Virus record (IMG/VR): IMGVR_UViG_3300032331_003609
Coordinates: 124,001 to 188,000 of that record
Strand: one strand, 5' to 3'
DNA: 64,000 nucleotides
This document shows positions 35,315 through 43,779 of this stretch, piece after piece. The stretch's first letter is position 1. Every line of letters begins with the position of its first letter. A model generated the notes under the pieces. The model was not told the DNA's origin. It did not search any database and worked only from the letters and a program-made list of their open reading frames with translations. The position numbers were made by a program, and so were the translations under genes.

Positions 35315-37840
35315 ATGTCAGGAATTTACAAAGGATACAATCCTATTTTCGAATCAATGAAGCAAGAGCTTTTTGAGGAGGAAACTAAAATAGACGTAGA
35401 TGCACTTATTAGAGCTATCTACGACACTTTTGTTAACCTAATAGTTAATGGAACAGACGAGGCAGTTAAAACTCCTGATGGATTTAAAGCATACATGGAA
35501 AAGGCTTTACAAGCCAGCTCTTTAAATGGTATTCAGGCTGAATTTGAAAAAAGAATAGATTTAATGGCTGCTACTGATAAAAGTCAAGCAGAAGCATTAA
35601 ACCAATCTAGATCCTATATTGGACAATTATTCTCATCATTAAAATCTGCAGTAGGTGAAGATTCCAAAGGTCTACAAAAAGCTATAGATAAAATGACATC
35701 TTTAATGGGATCTACAATAACTAGTTTTCAATCAGTTCAGGTTGAACTTCAAAAGAACGAAAGCTTAGTTAGCAGATACTTAATGGAAGATAATGAGCAA
35801 TTAACAGGAGAGGAAGCAGATTCTGAAGATGGATTAGCAGATAAATGGTATACCCAATTATCTAAAAATCTTTTAGACAGCGCAACGTCTTTTAAAGGAG
35901 AAACAGCATCTGCCATGGCTAGCAAAAATTTAGCTGGCAATTCCGAGGTTCAGAATTTTTCTCAATCTTCTCAGCAATATCTGGAGCAAGCAAAGCAATT
36001 AGCAATATCAGGGGGTAGGAGAGGATTATTTCAAACAGGAAAACTCCAAACAGCTTCAGGTCCTATGAAAGCTAAAGATTATAGAGTAAAGGCTCAAAAT
36101 CTTGTCAATGAGATAATCAGACAAAGAGAAGAATTTAGAAAATTAAATTACAAACTATCTAATATTCCTGCACCAACAAATCCAATCGTGGTTTGCCCAA
36201 CAGGTATGGCGTTTGATGTAGCAAAAAATGCTTGCGTATTTGTTACCGTTCCTGTAGTTAATACAGGAGGAGGAGGCGGGGACACTAAACCACCAAGGCC
36301 AAAGCCAACACCAGTTACAACTGGATGTACTTTTCCAGTTGCTATAGGAGCATCTAAATGCTCGGAGGTAGCAGCACTTCAAGGTAAATTGATTAGTATG
36401 GGATCTTGTATGGCTGATATCTTAAATGCAGCAGGGGGAGCAGATGGAAGATATGGTAAAGTAACAGCTAAGTTAGCAAACATCACTTATGCTTATATGA
36501 TGAAGTCAAATTCATTTAATGCAGCAGGAGAATTAACCCAAGAAATGTATAATGCTATAATGGCAGGAGGCCAGGTAATATACCAACAGCCACCAACAGC
36601 AGTGAAAGATTCATTAGACGTTTCTAAAGTTTTAGAAAACAAAACATTTGAAAAAGAACATCAAACAGGGACACCAGTTTTATCATTTGGTGATTTCTCT
36701 AAGATCCTAACAGAAGCTGTCTATTTAACTGAAGATGCAGGTATTCCTAATACATCAAGAAGCATAGCATCTTGTATATGTTCAACATATCAATCTGGAA
36801 ATATAGATCCAAATTGCTTCTCAATTGTCCCAGTACCAGTTCCAAACCCTACAGGAGGAACAGGAGCAACAGGAGGAACAGAGCCAATACCGGGTCAAGC
36901 AGATTGGAAAGGACTTAAATATGTTAATAGTGGATCTTATCCGGTTTCATTCGACGAAAGTCTTTTAAGTTTCTGGACCAAAGAAATAATAATTGATGCT
37001 TTAACATTCTGGGCACCAGGAGGAACATACGCTCTAAAAGCAGGAGCAACGGGTCTTAAATCATTAGGTATCAAGGGAGCCTCTAAAGCTGGAATGACAA
37101 AATTAGCTACTAAATTGGCAGCTAGCGCATCAACTAAAGCAGCTACACTAGGAACTGAAAAAGTAGCTTCTAAATTAGCTAACGTTTCTGCAGGATATTT
37201 TGCTAAATATGGTAGAATTCCTATCGCAAAGAGAACAGCAGCTGGACTTCTTGGAGGAACGGTTGGTGGTGCATTCTTTGACTTCATAGCGGGAAGAGAC
37301 ACTTTTGTTATCACATCAGTAGAAGGATTTGTAGAAAGAAACATGATAATGGGAATAGCTAAGGGTCTGACAAATACACTTGATGGATACTGCAGTGATG
37401 ACGATTGGGCATGCATAACACAGGTTTTAGCTATTACTAAAGGCGGTTGGACAGTGGACGAGGATGATAAAGCAGTATCAATTTGGTCACAGCTTAAGAA
37501 ATTCTACATGGAATCAGAAGGCGAGGAATTAATAGACGATATAAAGAGTGTTAAAGCTAAATTTGGAGATGTTGAAGGATATCCTAATGTTAAATCACTT
37601 TCTCCGCTTGCAAGTGTATCTGATCTTGATTGGGATTTAGCAAAAGCTGAGACTAATAGATTTGTTGATGCTCTTGAAAGAAACGAATCTAAGCTAGCGG
37701 AAAACCTTGCTAAACTTCCTGAAAAGTACGTTCAAGCATTCGTAGAGGGTGCTTATGATGAGATTGATGAAGAAGGAGAAGCAACTTCTGCTGACGGAAA
37801 AGAAGCTCCGGAGGAAAAAGCAATAAACAAACCTCAATAA
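35315..37840 (+). CDS. 841-aa putative internal/ejection protein with peptidoglycan-binding-like motif and hydrophobic Gly/Ala segment
   Basis: YNPIFES N-terminus; EVAALQ.KL...GADG.YG..T motif; AAGLLGGTVGGAFF segment. Confidence 0.7.
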   Translation: MSGIYKGYNPIFESMKQELFEEETKIDVDALIRAIYDTFVNLIVNGTDEAVKTPDGFKAYMEKALQASSLNGIQAEFEKRIDLMAATDKSQAEALNQSRSYIGQLFSSLKSAVGEDSKGLQKAIDKMTSLMGSTITSFQSVQVELQKNESLVSRYLMEDNEQLTGEEADSEDGLADKWYTQLSKNLLDSATSFKGETASAMASKNLAGNSEVQNFSQSSQQYLEQAKQLAISGGRRGLFQTGKLQTASGPMKAKDYRVKAQNLVNEIIRQREEFRKLNYKLSNIPAPTNPIVVCPTGMAFDVAKNACVFVTVPVVNTGGGGGDTKPPRPKPTPVTTGCTFPVAIGASKCSEVAALQGKLISMGSCMADILNAAGGADGRYGKVTAKLANITYAYMMKSNSFNAAGELTQEMYNAIMAGGQVIYQQPPTAVKDSLDVSKVLENKTFEKEHQTGTPVLSFGDFSKILTEAVYLTEDAGIPNTSRSIASCICSTYQSGNIDPNCFSIVPVPVPNPTGGTGATGGTEPIPGQADWKGLKYVNSGSYPVSFDESLLSFWTKEIIIDALTFWAPGGTYALKAGATGLKSLGIKGASKAGMTKLATKLAASASTKAATLGTEKVASKLANVSAGYFAKYGRIPIAKRTAAGLLGGTVGGAFFDFIAGRDTFVITSVEGFVERNMIMGIAKGLTNTLDGYCSDDDWACITQVLAITKGGWTVDEDDKAVSIWSQLKKFYMESEGEELIDDIKSVKAKFGDVEGYPNVKSLSPLASVSDLDWDLAKAETNRFVDALERNESKLAENLAKLPEKYVQAFVEGAYDEIDEEGEATSADGKEAPEEKAINKPQ

Positions 37841-37844
37841 TAGA

Positions 37845-37852
37845 GATATATA
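37845..37852 (+). promoter_or_regulatory. Late promoter GATATATA of the protease-capsid operon
   Basis: 19 nt before ATG 37872. Confidence 0.7.
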
Positions 37853-37871
37853 GTAAAATAAATAAAATAGA

Positions 37872-39953
37872 ATGAGTCTTAACCCTGAATTCGTTTTGGT
37901 CTTGGAAAAATCTTCACATAACCTGAAGTCCGAGAAGAATGGTAACGAATATTATCTTGAAGGTATAGCAGCAGTGTTTGGTAAAGAGAATTCAAACCAA
38001 AGAATCTACGAGGAAAGAGAATATCTTCCCCATTTGCAATATTTAAAAGAAAAGATAGAACAAAAAAGATTAGTAGGTGAATTAGATCACCCTAAGGAAT
38101 TTGATGTGTCTTTAAAGAATATTTCACACCTAGTTGAAGAGCTTGCTTATGATCAAGAGAATAGAACTTTAAGAATTAAAGTTAGACTTTTAGATACACC
38201 AGCAGGTAAAATAGCTAAATCTTTAGTTGATGCTGGTATTCCAGTTTCTATCTCATCAAGAGCAGCAGGCAACGTGATGGAAAACAAAAAAGTACAAATT
38301 AAGAAGATTTTTACCTATGATCTAGTTGCTGATCCTGGATTTGAGAATGCTCAATTAGAAAGAGTTTACGAAAGCTATGGATACAATCTTAACGAAAAGT
38401 CAAAAAATGAATCCATTTTAAATGGTCTTCCTTTGATGAACGAAAGCTTAGGATTAGAAAATGATTCAAATTTTAAGATATATAGAATCAAAGATCAAGA
38501 TAAGATACAAAAGCTTCTAGATAAGGAGCCAAATAAGAGTTTAATCATGGAAAATAATTTCGTTACAGCGGAAGAAATGAATGGATATTCTAAACTAATC
38601 AAAAAAGAAATGGACACTATTAAAGGGTCTATTGAATCATTGAAAGGGATTAAAGAATCTTCCAAAATAACAGAATCATCTTCTCTTGAGGAAAGAGTTG
38701 GTAAGTTAGAAAAGTATGCTGATTATTTAGCAGAAAACCTAGAGGCATCTATTAAGTATGGTGAATACCTAGCTGAAAATTTAGAAGATTCAGTTTCTTA
38801 TTCTAAGTATCTTGCAGAGAACCTAGACAAATCTATTTCTTATGCAAAATATCTTGCTGAGCATTTAGATCACAATATCTCTTATTCTGAGTACATTGCA
38901 GAGAACGTTGACAACAACGTAACAGCAGTTAAAGGTCTAACAGAGAAAGTTGATCAATCTATTGCTTATGCAGAATATGTAGCAGAGAACGTAGACAAGA
39001 ACATTAAGTATAGCGAATACCTTGCTGAAAACTTAGATAAGAACATCTCTTATTCTGAGTATCTTGCTGAGAACGTAGATAAGAACATTTCTTATTCTGA
39101 GTACTTAGCAGAAAACCTAGATAAAGGTTTAGCTTATAGCGAATACTTAGCTGAGAAATTAGATAAGAACATTTCTTATTCTGAGTACTTAGCAGAAAAC
39201 CTAGATAAAGGTTTAGCTTATTCTGATTATCTTGGTGAGAACCTAGATAAGACAGTTCATTACAGTGAGTATATCGCTGAAAAATTAGCTAACAACATCA
39301 GCTATGCAGAATACATCGCTGAGTCTGTAAATGCAGCTTCAGGAACCGCAGAGGTAAAAGAAGCAGTAACAAAAGCAATTTCTGAAAACACAAGAACTTC
39401 AGGATATGCAGGAGATTACACAGAGATCTCTTCTAAAATTGACAATTTATTGAACACTGTCGGTAAACAAAAGACAGAAGAAATAGCAGAAAATAAGAAC
39501 TATCCTTTCTTAAAGCTTATGGGCGAACAAGGACAAAGAGAATTTTTATCACTGCACGAAGGCCAAAAACAAAAGGTCGCCAAATCCTTAAACGAAAACA
39601 ATTACTCATCCGAAAAAGAGGTAGTTGAAATTATGGGTAAAACTCTGAATGAGCAAAATCAATCCGGAGAAAAATTCCTAGATTTAATGCCAGAAAAATA
39701 CAAAACTACATGGGAGAATATGAATGAGTCTCAAAAGGCCTCTATATTAGCTCAAAGTAAGTTTCATAAATTGGATACTCCTTACCAAATCCAGAATTTC
39801 TGGGCTACAAGAGGTATTGCAGTTACCAAGGCAAATATCGAAAGAATAGACGAATCCCAAGAACAAATAACCGCAGCTCCTCAGCCAAAGGGAATATCTA
39901 GAGAATATTTAGATAATCTTTCTGAAGCTTTAGCTGTTAGGTTTAAAAAATAA
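37872..39953 (+). CDS. gp21: Prohead protease (gp21, U9 family) fused to gp22-like scaffold
   Basis: LEGIA...N.N.RIY, GELDHP, NISH, LDTPAGKIAK.L, ISSRA.G, TYDLVADPGF; then about 500 aa helical scaffold directly before gp23. Confidence 0.93.
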   Translation: MSLNPEFVLVLEKSSHNLKSEKNGNEYYLEGIAAVFGKENSNQRIYEEREYLPHLQYLKEKIEQKRLVGELDHPKEFDVSLKNISHLVEELAYDQENRTLRIKVRLLDTPAGKIAKSLVDAGIPVSISSRAAGNVMENKKVQIKKIFTYDLVADPGFENAQLERVYESYGYNLNEKSKNESILNGLPLMNESLGLENDSNFKIYRIKDQDKIQKLLDKEPNKSLIMENNFVTAEEMNGYSKLIKKEMDTIKGSIESLKGIKESSKITESSSLEERVGKLEKYADYLAENLEASIKYGEYLAENLEDSVSYSKYLAENLDKSISYAKYLAEHLDHNISYSEYIAENVDNNVTAVKGLTEKVDQSIAYAEYVAENVDKNIKYSEYLAENLDKNISYSEYLAENVDKNISYSEYLAENLDKGLAYSEYLAEKLDKNISYSEYLAENLDKGLAYSDYLGENLDKTVHYSEYIAEKLANNISYAEYIAESVNAASGTAEVKEAVTKAISENTRTSGYAGDYTEISSKIDNLLNTVGKQKTEEIAENKNYPFLKLMGEQGQREFLSLHEGQKQKVAKSLNENNYSSEKEVVEIMGKTLNEQNQSGEKFLDLMPEKYKTTWENMNESQKASILAQSKFHKLDTPYQIQNFWATRGIAVTKANIERIDESQEQITAAPQPKGISREYLDNLSEALAVRFKK
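38712..39341 (+). repeat. 15 tandem 42-bp (14-aa) repeats, consensus SYSEYLAENLDKNI
   Basis: Counted in translation from KYADYLAENLEASI to SYAEYIAESVNAAS; unit 6 is degenerate. Confidence 0.92.
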
Positions 39954-39968
39954 ACATTTTTATAGAAA

Positions 39969-41726
39969 ATGCAACTTATCAATCAACATGAAATCTATGA
40001 AACCTGGGCACCAATATTGGAAAGCAAAACAGGTATTCAAGAGAGAGGTAAATTAGACTGGTTAACTAAATACTGTCATTACCACTCATTAAACGAATCT
40101 GCCGGAGCGTATAACTCTTTAGGCGTATTAAACGGTATGGGCCAAGTATCTCCTGCTTCTAACGTAGGTTTATCTGGCGGTCCTGCTGGCTTTTATGCAG
40201 GCGGATCTTATTCTGGAACTGGTCTTGGTTCTGGCGATAAATTCCCTTCTCTTTTACCTTTAGCTATTCAAGTAGCTGCTAAAACAGTAGGTTTTGATAT
40301 CGTTCCAGTTATCCCAATGAGCGGTCCTACAGGCGTATTATCATACTTAGACTATGTTTACGCAGGTGGTAAATTATCTGGTACTGACTCTGTATCTCCA
40401 TACACAGCAAACACTCCAGATTTAATTAAAGTTCCAACAACAACAGCTTCTCCAGTTACTGGTTTAGCAGTAGGAACCACTTACCTTTTAGGTGCTTCTG
40501 GTCTTTCTTCAACAAAAGACTTAGACTCTGCAGGTGTAGGTGCTTTAGTAGCTGGTAAATTCGTCGGTAGTTCAAGAATCGATGGTTTCCCAATTTTCCA
40601 AGTGGTAGCATTAACTGTAGGTTTCTCTATTGCTGACGCAATCGGGGCAGACGCAGTTATTTACTCTGGTTCATATAATACAGGTACAAAGGTTTATACA
40701 ATCTCTGCAACAGTAGGATATGCAAACGGTGCTGCTCAATTAGTTAAAACTTTAGAAGATCACGTACAAGGATTTACTGGTTCTGGCGTTGCTAACGACG
40801 GTACATGGTCTGGTCCTTATGTAGACGGTACTAAAGCTTACGATCCAATGTCAAGAGGAACTGCAGAAGGCACTTACTTCAAGTCATTAGGTCTTTCTAC
40901 ATTCACTAAGTTTGTAGAGGCTGGTACATTCCAAGTTGCTGCTTCTGTTACAACTGAGCAAATCCAAGATTTGAACAAGCAATTCGGTATCGACGTAGTT
41001 TCTATGATCGAGAACGCACTTGTTAACGAGGTTTCTCAAGCGATCAACAAGCACATCTTATCTAGAGCATTTGCTTTAGGTTGGTCTAACCACTATGAAT
41101 TTGCAAACACCGAATTAGGTGGAGCATCTTCTGCTTCTCTAAACATCAATTTAAATATTGGTTCTGGTGGAGCTTCAACCGCATCTTTCATCGGTAAGGA
41201 CAATGGATCTTTAACAATCTATACTCCTGGCGATATTGCTACAGGCGGATACGAGAACCAATCAACTGTACAAAGAAGATTATTCTCAAGAATCTTGGCT
41301 GCTGCTAACGTAGTAGCAAACAGAGGAAGAAGAGGACCTGCTAACTTTATTGTTACTAACGCTCAGGTAGCTTCTGCTTTACAAGATATTTCACAATTCA
41401 CATTTGCTCCTTTTACAAACACGTTAACTCAAAATAACGGTACTTTATATCCAGTTGGTTCAATCGCTGGTATGACCGTTTATGTTGATCAAAACATGTC
41501 TTTTGGCGATACGAGAGTATTAGTTGGAAGAAAAGGTGCTGATGACGAACCAGGTATGAAATTTATGCCTTACATGATGGCTGAGTCAATTCAGACTATC
41601 TCTGAAGGTACAATGTCACCTAAAATTGCAGTTAAGTCTAGATACTCTTTAGTAGAGGCTGGACATCATCCTCAAACAATGTACTTATGCTTCAAAGCTA
41701 TAGTACCTGCAACTGGTATCGCTTAG
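39969..41726 (+). CDS. gp23: Major capsid protein, T4 gp23-like
   Basis: W.PIL, VGFDIVPV.PMSGPTG, Q.AA..T.EQIQDL...GID...., NF.V...VAS.L, G...G..VYVD, G.KF.PY, SRY.L; strong codon bias. Confidence 0.96.
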   Translation: MQLINQHEIYETWAPILESKTGIQERGKLDWLTKYCHYHSLNESAGAYNSLGVLNGMGQVSPASNVGLSGGPAGFYAGGSYSGTGLGSGDKFPSLLPLAIQVAAKTVGFDIVPVIPMSGPTGVLSYLDYVYAGGKLSGTDSVSPYTANTPDLIKVPTTTASPVTGLAVGTTYLLGASGLSSTKDLDSAGVGALVAGKFVGSSRIDGFPIFQVVALTVGFSIADAIGADAVIYSGSYNTGTKVYTISATVGYANGAAQLVKTLEDHVQGFTGSGVANDGTWSGPYVDGTKAYDPMSRGTAEGTYFKSLGLSTFTKFVEAGTFQVAASVTTEQIQDLNKQFGIDVVSMIENALVNEVSQAINKHILSRAFALGWSNHYEFANTELGGASSASLNINLNIGSGGASTASFIGKDNGSLTIYTPGDIATGGYENQSTVQRRLFSRILAAANVVANRGRRGPANFIVTNAQVASALQDISQFTFAPFTNTLTQNNGTLYPVGSIAGMTVYVDQNMSFGDTRVLVGRKGADDEPGMKFMPYMMAESIQTISEGTMSPKIAVKSRYSLVEAGHHPQTMYLCFKAIVPATGIA

Positions 41727-41750
41727 TATTAATTAAGTTAACCTTTAATA

Positions 41751-41780
41751 AAAAGCCTCTGAGAGATCAGAGGCTTTTTT
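41751..41780 (+). terminator. Intrinsic terminator after gp23
   Basis: AAAAGCCTCTGA-gaga-TCAGAGGCTTTT followed by further Ts. Confidence 0.9.
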
Positions 41781-41804
41781 TATTCTCTTTCGAATCTATT
41801 GTGG

Positions 41805-41812
41805 GATATATA
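41805..41812 (+). promoter_or_regulatory. Late promoter GATATATA
   Basis: 16 nt before ATG 41829. Confidence 0.7.
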
Positions 41813-41828
41813 AAGAAAAAGTTTACAT

Positions 41829-42941
41829 ATGAAGCTTATTGAAAATTTTAAATCATATAGTGATTGCAAAGAAGCATTAATAGAATCGTATGGTGATATT
41901 GATATTGCAAAAACCAAATTAATTAAAAAGGGATATTCATCGGATGATTTAGACGAAAGTTTAAATGCAATCAAAGAATCATTAGGCGATAAGATTATTA
42001 ACTTTTTTTCTAAAAATCTAGGGGGTGGTATTTCTAAAATAGACAGAATACTAAGAGATATAAAAGAAGAAGAAATTAGATTTATCAGGGACGAGCATGA
42101 AGCAGAATCTAAATTCTATAAATTAAGCACAGCACTAGGACAATTAAAAAGGGATAAAGCAGACAAGTCGGAAATGGATCAATATGTTATTAAATTGAAT
42201 AAGATTCAAAAATTAATAAGAGATTTAGTTTCTTCACACAGCTCTATTATGGATAGCCTAGAAAAACAAATAGATGTTCTAACTAATAAGAAGAATAGAA
42301 GAAGCGAGTACTATAACTTAAAAAGAGCAGAGGATGCTGTAGAGACTAAAAAACTAAGAGCAGAATTTAAAAAGAAGCTTATTAGTCAAGAAGATGATTC
42401 TGAGTACTTAAAAGATATTCAAAAGATTCTTGGAAATCCCAAAGATGCAGAGAAAGATTTAGAAAAAGCTAAGGAGAACCTAGCTAAAGAAAAAGGTGAA
42501 ATAGGAGCAAGCGACGAGGTTTCTAGAATGTCACCAGATAAGATAGAAAATATCTTGAGTGAATATCATAAAGAAATTATGGCTTCGCTCAAAGACGTTA
42601 AAGACTATACAGAAAAATCATTAGACAGGATTCAAGAGCTTTCTGATAATAAGAAAATGAATCAAGGAGCTTATAACAGTATGAAAAATACATTTGAATC
42701 TAAGATAAGTAAGATTTCTAAGTATGTTGAAGAAGCTAAGAGTAAAATATCACAAATAGGAACTTCCGATGAAGAGATAGGAGAAGATTCAAATAAAGCA
42801 ATAACTTATCTTTTGAACCTGGAAAAAGCAGTTACCAATATAAAGTATTATACTTGGCCAGCTGATGATCTTTCTAAAGAGAAAAAAGAGATTCAATCTG
42901 CTTTAGAAGTAGTAGAAGACGAAATACAAAAAGCAGCTTAA
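41829..42941 (+). CDS. Charged coiled-coil putative internal head protein
   Basis: MKLIENFKSY N-terminus; K/E-rich helical composition. Confidence 0.75.
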   Translation: MKLIENFKSYSDCKEALIESYGDIDIAKTKLIKKGYSSDDLDESLNAIKESLGDKIINFFSKNLGGGISKIDRILRDIKEEEIRFIRDEHEAESKFYKLSTALGQLKRDKADKSEMDQYVIKLNKIQKLIRDLVSSHSSIMDSLEKQIDVLTNKKNRRSEYYNLKRAEDAVETKKLRAEFKKKLISQEDDSEYLKDIQKILGNPKDAEKDLEKAKENLAKEKGEIGASDEVSRMSPDKIENILSEYHKEIMASLKDVKDYTEKSLDRIQELSDNKKMNQGAYNSMKNTFESKISKISKYVEEAKSKISQIGTSDEEIGEDSNKAITYLLNLEKAVTNIKYYTWPADDLSKEKKEIQSALEVVEDEIQKAA

Positions 42942-43768
42942 TGAAGAAGTACTCAGACTTCATATTGGACGATTCCCTTAATGAAGGTTTTCTAAAGAAC
43001 CTCTTTGGAAAAATAGGATCTTTCCTCAAGGGCAGTAAAAGATCTATTTTAGATAAGATTTCTAAAATGAAAGATGCCGAAAAGGAATTCATCAATAAAT
43101 CTGATGAATTAAATTATGATATCTTTTCTTCAGAACTAGGAAGAAACCAAGATCCAAATTCAAGACAAAGAGCATTGATGAGCAAAAGAGCACTTGAAGC
43201 TATAAGGCTTGCAAAAAATGGTGAAATAAATTTCATAGTAAAGGAAGTGAAAGAAATATGCGGTTCTGATCCTTCCCTTGCAAATTTTTACAATCAACAA
43301 AAAATGCTAGCAGACACAGAGCTTGCACAATATGCCTATGAGAAAGCCAAAAAATTTAAAGATAATGATTATGAGAGGGATTTTTATAATCAATGGAAAA
43401 CTTTAGACTCCGAGGTTCAAAAGGTTAAATTTGACAGTTTTGAAGATGAAGAAGACACTGTTGCTAATTTAGGAATGTTTGATCTTCCGTTAAAAGAATT
43501 TGTTAGTCAAATACAAGGATTACCTAAATCTGACATAGCTCAATTATTAAGCGATGCAAATGATTTAAAATGGAAAATTGCTGACGATTATAGAAAAAAA
43601 TCAATGAGCATTCGCGAATTAAAAAATAGATCATATAGATCCGGCGATATATCCTCTTTTAATTTTTCAAGAGAGAAGTTTGAAGAAATGAAAAATATAT
43701 ACAGAAAGGCTAATGTCTCTATAGACAATAAAATATCAATGCTAAAAAACAGATTAAAGAATATATAA
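42941..43768 (+). CDS. Charged coiled-coil putative internal head protein, related to 41829..42941
   Basis: MKKYSDFILDDSLNE|G; a FF/FL-...-I..I...E.EFI pattern is shared with the preceding gene. Confidence 0.75.
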   Translation: MKKYSDFILDDSLNEGFLKNLFGKIGSFLKGSKRSILDKISKMKDAEKEFINKSDELNYDIFSSELGRNQDPNSRQRALMSKRALEAIRLAKNGEINFIVKEVKEICGSDPSLANFYNQQKMLADTELAQYAYEKAKKFKDNDYERDFYNQWKTLDSEVQKVKFDSFEDEEDTVANLGMFDLPLKEFVSQIQGLPKSDIAQLLSDANDLKWKIADDYRKKSMSIRELKNRSYRSGDISSFNFSREKFEEMKNIYRKANVSIDNKISMLKNRLKNI

Positions 43769-43779
43769 TATAAAAAAAG

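Noticed and set aside
38712-39341. 42-bp tandem repeat as a possible CRISPR array
   Set aside because: No unique spacers; the repeats are in frame with synonymous variation inside the scaffold CDS.
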